A stretch of DNA of 64,000 bases. Source: Dehalococcoidia bacterium (GTDB lineage: Bacteria > Chloroflexota > Dehalococcoidia > GIF9 > AB-539-J10). The notes under the pieces are model-generated. The model made no database searches. It was given only the letters and a program-made list of their open reading frames with translations, and was not told the DNA's origin. Both the position numbers and the translations under genes were made by a program. Of this stretch, positions 61,257-64,000 are shown piece by piece (the first letter of the stretch is position 1; each line of letters starts with the position of its first letter). Location: the NCBI GenBank assembly GCA_030615625.1, contig JAUWYX010000002.1, forward strand, positions 11,995 to 75,994, written 5' to 3'.

Positions 61257-62669
61257 TTAAACGAGCTCCACAGTATCTTTGTATTGGGGGACTTTTGTGG
61301 TCCACCCGGTCCTCTCGTTCAGGACATTCGCAAAGCTATTGGCTGCTTTTCCTTCCCCGTGAGTGACAAATACACAGCGCGGCGGGACACGAATGTCAGC
61401 CAGCCAGGTTAGTAATCCATCACGGTCGGTGTGGGCAGAAAAACCATCGATTTTTTCAATGTGTACTTTCACCGGATGTATTTGCCCTAAGAGACGGATT
61501 TTCTTGGCACCATTCAGCAATATTCTGCCCGGCGTTCCCTTCGCTTGATAGCCGACGAATAATATTGTGCTTTCTGCCCTCGTGATGTTGTTGACAATAT
61601 GGTGCTTTACACGGCCGCCGGTTACCATACCGCTACCAGCTATGATGATACTGCTTTCCTTTATGTTGTTAATGGCTTTAGACTCTTCCACACTCTGTAC
61701 CATTTTGAGGTTTTCAAAACTAAAACAGGAATTACCCTGGCGCAGACGTTGCATCATCTCTTTATCAAAGAGTTCAGCGTTGTGTTTAAATACTTTTGTA
61801 ATCCGTATTGCCATAGGGCTATCCAGAAAGACAGTTAAAGGTGGAATTTCTTTACGTAAAAATAATTCGTTCAGGTGATACAGTAGTTCCTGGGACCGCT
61901 CCAAAGCGAAACTGGGAATAATGATGTTGCCCCTGGCGCTTACCGTCCTGTTGATACAATCGCGTAACTGTTTTTGAATGTCAATGTTCTTGTGTTCTTC
62001 GTGAGTACGGTCGCCATAAGTTGACTCTATAACTATATATTCGGCCTCATCGAAAAGAGTCGGGTCGTTTATTATGGGGCGGTCAGGCTCGCCGATATCA
62101 CCGGAAAAAATTACTCTGTGGTTCTTTCCATCCTGCTGGATATTTACACTTATGGCTGCCGCCCCAAGTACATGGCCCGCTTCATAATAACAACCTTCGA
62201 CATTGCTGTTAATTCCGACACAACTCAGATATTCTGTGGCAGAAAAATGCGGCTGGACTGCTTCGGCATCTTCTACGGTATAAAGAGGTATTTCAGGAAA
62301 AGGACCACGGCGACCTTCCCTTTTATGGCGTTTTGCCTTAAATATAGCGTCTTCTTCCTGCAGCTTTGCGGCATCAAGAAGGATAATCTGGGCTATCTCA
62401 GCCGTCGCCTCAGTGCAGTATATCTTGCCTTTGTAACCGTCACGTATCAGTTTAGGTAAAAGCCCACAATGGTCAAGATGGGCATGAGTCAAAAAAACAG
62501 CATCAATTGACTGAGGGTCAAATGGAAATGGCTGCCAGTTTCTCTCCTGGTACTTCCGCTCCTGGTACAGCCCACAATCTATAAGCACACGGGTATCCTG
62601 ACTCTCTAAAAGGTAGCAGGAACCTGTGACATTCCGCGCTGCACCCAGAAATGTCAGCTTAGCCAGCAT
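61257..62669 (-). CDS. MBL-fold beta-CASP ribonuclease family protein
   Basis: FLGAA..VTGS, THAHLDHCG, AGHVLG, SGDIG, ESTYG, GFSAH, THGE. Confidence 0.92.
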   Translation of the reverse strand: MLAKLTFLGAARNVTGSCYLLESQDTRVLIDCGLYQERKYQERNWQPFPFDPQSIDAVFLTHAHLDHCGLLPKLIRDGYKGKIYCTEATAEIAQIILLDAAKLQEEDAIFKAKRHKREGRRGPFPEIPLYTVEDAEAVQPHFSATEYLSCVGINSNVEGCYYEAGHVLGAAAISVNIQQDGKNHRVIFSGDIGEPDRPIINDPTLFDEAEYIVIESTYGDRTHEEHKNIDIQKQLRDCINRTVSARGNIIIPSFALERSQELLYHLNELFLRKEIPPLTVFLDSPMAIRITKVFKHNAELFDKEMMQRLRQGNSCFSFENLKMVQSVEESKAINNIKESSIIIAGSGMVTGGRVKHHIVNNITRAESTILFVGYQAKGTPGRILLNGAKKIRLLGQIHPVKVHIEKIDGFSAHTDRDGLLTWLADIRVPPRCVFVTHGEGKAANSFANVLNERTGWTTKVPQYKDTVELV

Positions 62670-62759
62670 AGATGATGCGACTCCTTAATAATTTATTTGA
62701 CCTGCAAATTCCGCACGGCATATTCCCAGCTATTATACCTTAAAGTTTCATTATAAGCC

Positions 62760-62781
62760 GGTTCGAATCCAGCCGCTGCCA
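62760..62781 (+). repeat. tRNA 3'-end copy 5
   Basis: ggttcgaatccagccgctgcca, 21/22 identical; preceded by ataagcc as in the anticodon arm. Confidence 0.88.
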
Positions 62782-62794
62782 GTTAGCTTTACTT

Positions 62795-63181
62795 CTAAAT
62801 ATCTTCAACTTTTCTTTTTCTGATTAGAACAATATGTACTGTAACCCCAATAGCAATACAAATTAGCACTATCCTGATAACTATGTTCTGTACTCCAAAA
62901 GTTATACTGAGTCCGATAGTTAGCCAAAGTAGAAGGATGGTAAATACCTTTATTTTTATGGGTATTCCTCTGCCTTCAATGTAGTTCCTGACATAGGCTC
63001 CAAATATTCTGTTGTTTATAAGCCATTGATAAAACCGTTCAGAGCTCCGCATGTAACAAGCAGCGGCGAGTAAGAGAAATGGGGTTGTAGGTAGAATCGG
63101 GATAAAAATACCGATAATCCCTAATCCTGTGCATAAAGTTCCTGCTCCGATTAGAAGCCTTCTCTTTGCTGTTGTCCGCAT
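62795..63181 (-). CDS. YbaN/DUF454 membrane protein
   Basis: GIFIPILPTTPFLLLAAACY.RSS.RF..WL. Confidence 0.9.
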   Translation of the reverse strand: MRTTAKRRLLIGAGTLCTGLGIIGIFIPILPTTPFLLLAAACYMRSSERFYQWLINNRIFGAYVRNYIEGRGIPIKIKVFTILLLWLTIGLSITFGVQNIVIRIVLICIAIGVTVHIVLIRKRKVEDI

Positions 63182-63312
63182 CTATATTTATAATACAGCC
63201 CCTTTTGATTTTATGATATCCTCAAACATTCATTTTAGCTATACAATATGTATCACAAGTAGATAGCTGGAATTAGAGTCGGAAGGAAGTAGCATCGTTG
63301 AATGAATCGGGG

Positions 63313-63792
63313 CTAGCTTGAATACTCTTTTATAGCCTCCTTAGCCCTGGCTATGATTTCCTCGTCAGGCACTCTGTACGATGTTATTGCAAAAGAGCCT
63401 ACTACCTTGCCCTGGCTTTTCTCTATTTTAGCCGTTATGTTCTCCAGAGCTTTCTCTGCATTGTTGCCACCCATGGTAAAGAATGGAATAATACTCCGGC
63501 CTTCGAAATTTGTCTTGTATATAAATGAGTTAATAGCCGGTGCCGGTCTTGAAGCCCAGATTGGAGAGCCAATAAATATCCTTTCATATTGTTTTAAATC
63601 GACATCTACGGGATTTATCTTACTCCCCCTGTTCATGAAAGCTGCGAAGCTGCCACTCAAATAGACGAACGGCATGGGTATGGGCCTTCTCTCCTCAATT
63701 TCCAATAGCGTGGCATTCAGGGCTTCGGCGATTACCTGAGATACCAGCCTCGTTTTACCTGTCAAAGAATAATAGACTACCAGCGATTTCAT
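63313..63792 (-). CDS. Flavodoxin family protein
   Basis: LVVYYSLTGKT, IFIGSPIWA, FFTMGG. Confidence 0.88.
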   Translation of the reverse strand: MKSLVVYYSLTGKTRLVSQVIAEALNATLLEIEERRPIPMPFVYLSGSFAAFMNRGSKINPVDVDLKQYERIFIGSPIWASRPAPAINSFIYKTNFEGRSIIPFFTMGGNNAEKALENITAKIEKSQGKVVGSFAITSYRVPDEEIIARAKEAIKEYSS

Positions 63793-64000
63793 GCACTCTC
63801 CAAAGTATCTGTTTCTTAATTATACCTCACCGGTGGATAGGCTGATACATTAGGGAGGATATTACTGGGTCGGTCAGTTTTAGGATAGCTTGGGGCTTTA
63901 TCGGGGGATTGAGTGGAAATAGCCAGGAAGGCAGCACAGGCTAGGTGGGGTAAGTAGGTATATCCAAGTAACTGTGATTATGGGTGAGGGGTAATCGCAA

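Overview
Bacterial chromosomal segment. Gene content and repeat types suggest Chloroflexota, probably Dehalococcoidia-like; this is an inference, no search was run. Bases 1-46 kb are mostly housekeeping and metabolic genes: trehalose synthesis, mfd, secDF, CCA-adding enzyme, lemA-htpX, metK-ahcY. This part also holds a SipW-type signal peptidase cluster with three pilin/TasA-like substrates, preceded by two pseudo-receiver regulators and a small HTH protein, plus two hicAB loci. Bases 46.3-64 kb are an accessory region organised around one tRNA(CAT) gene. Upstream of the tRNA, a 7.2 kb insert is bracketed by a 133-bp duplication of the tRNA promoter and 5' half. Downstream, five copies of the tRNA 3' end divide ~10 kb into small, unrelated 1-4-gene cassettes. 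No integrase or transposase is visible in the window. A similar 'displaced gene end' scar brackets cargo genes at metK and mfd; at metK the two copies differ mostly at synonymous sites, which points to repeated homology-anchored gene uptake from relatives. Palindromic REP-like elements are abundant and appear to have entered mfd in frame. Product calls come from reading motifs by eye.
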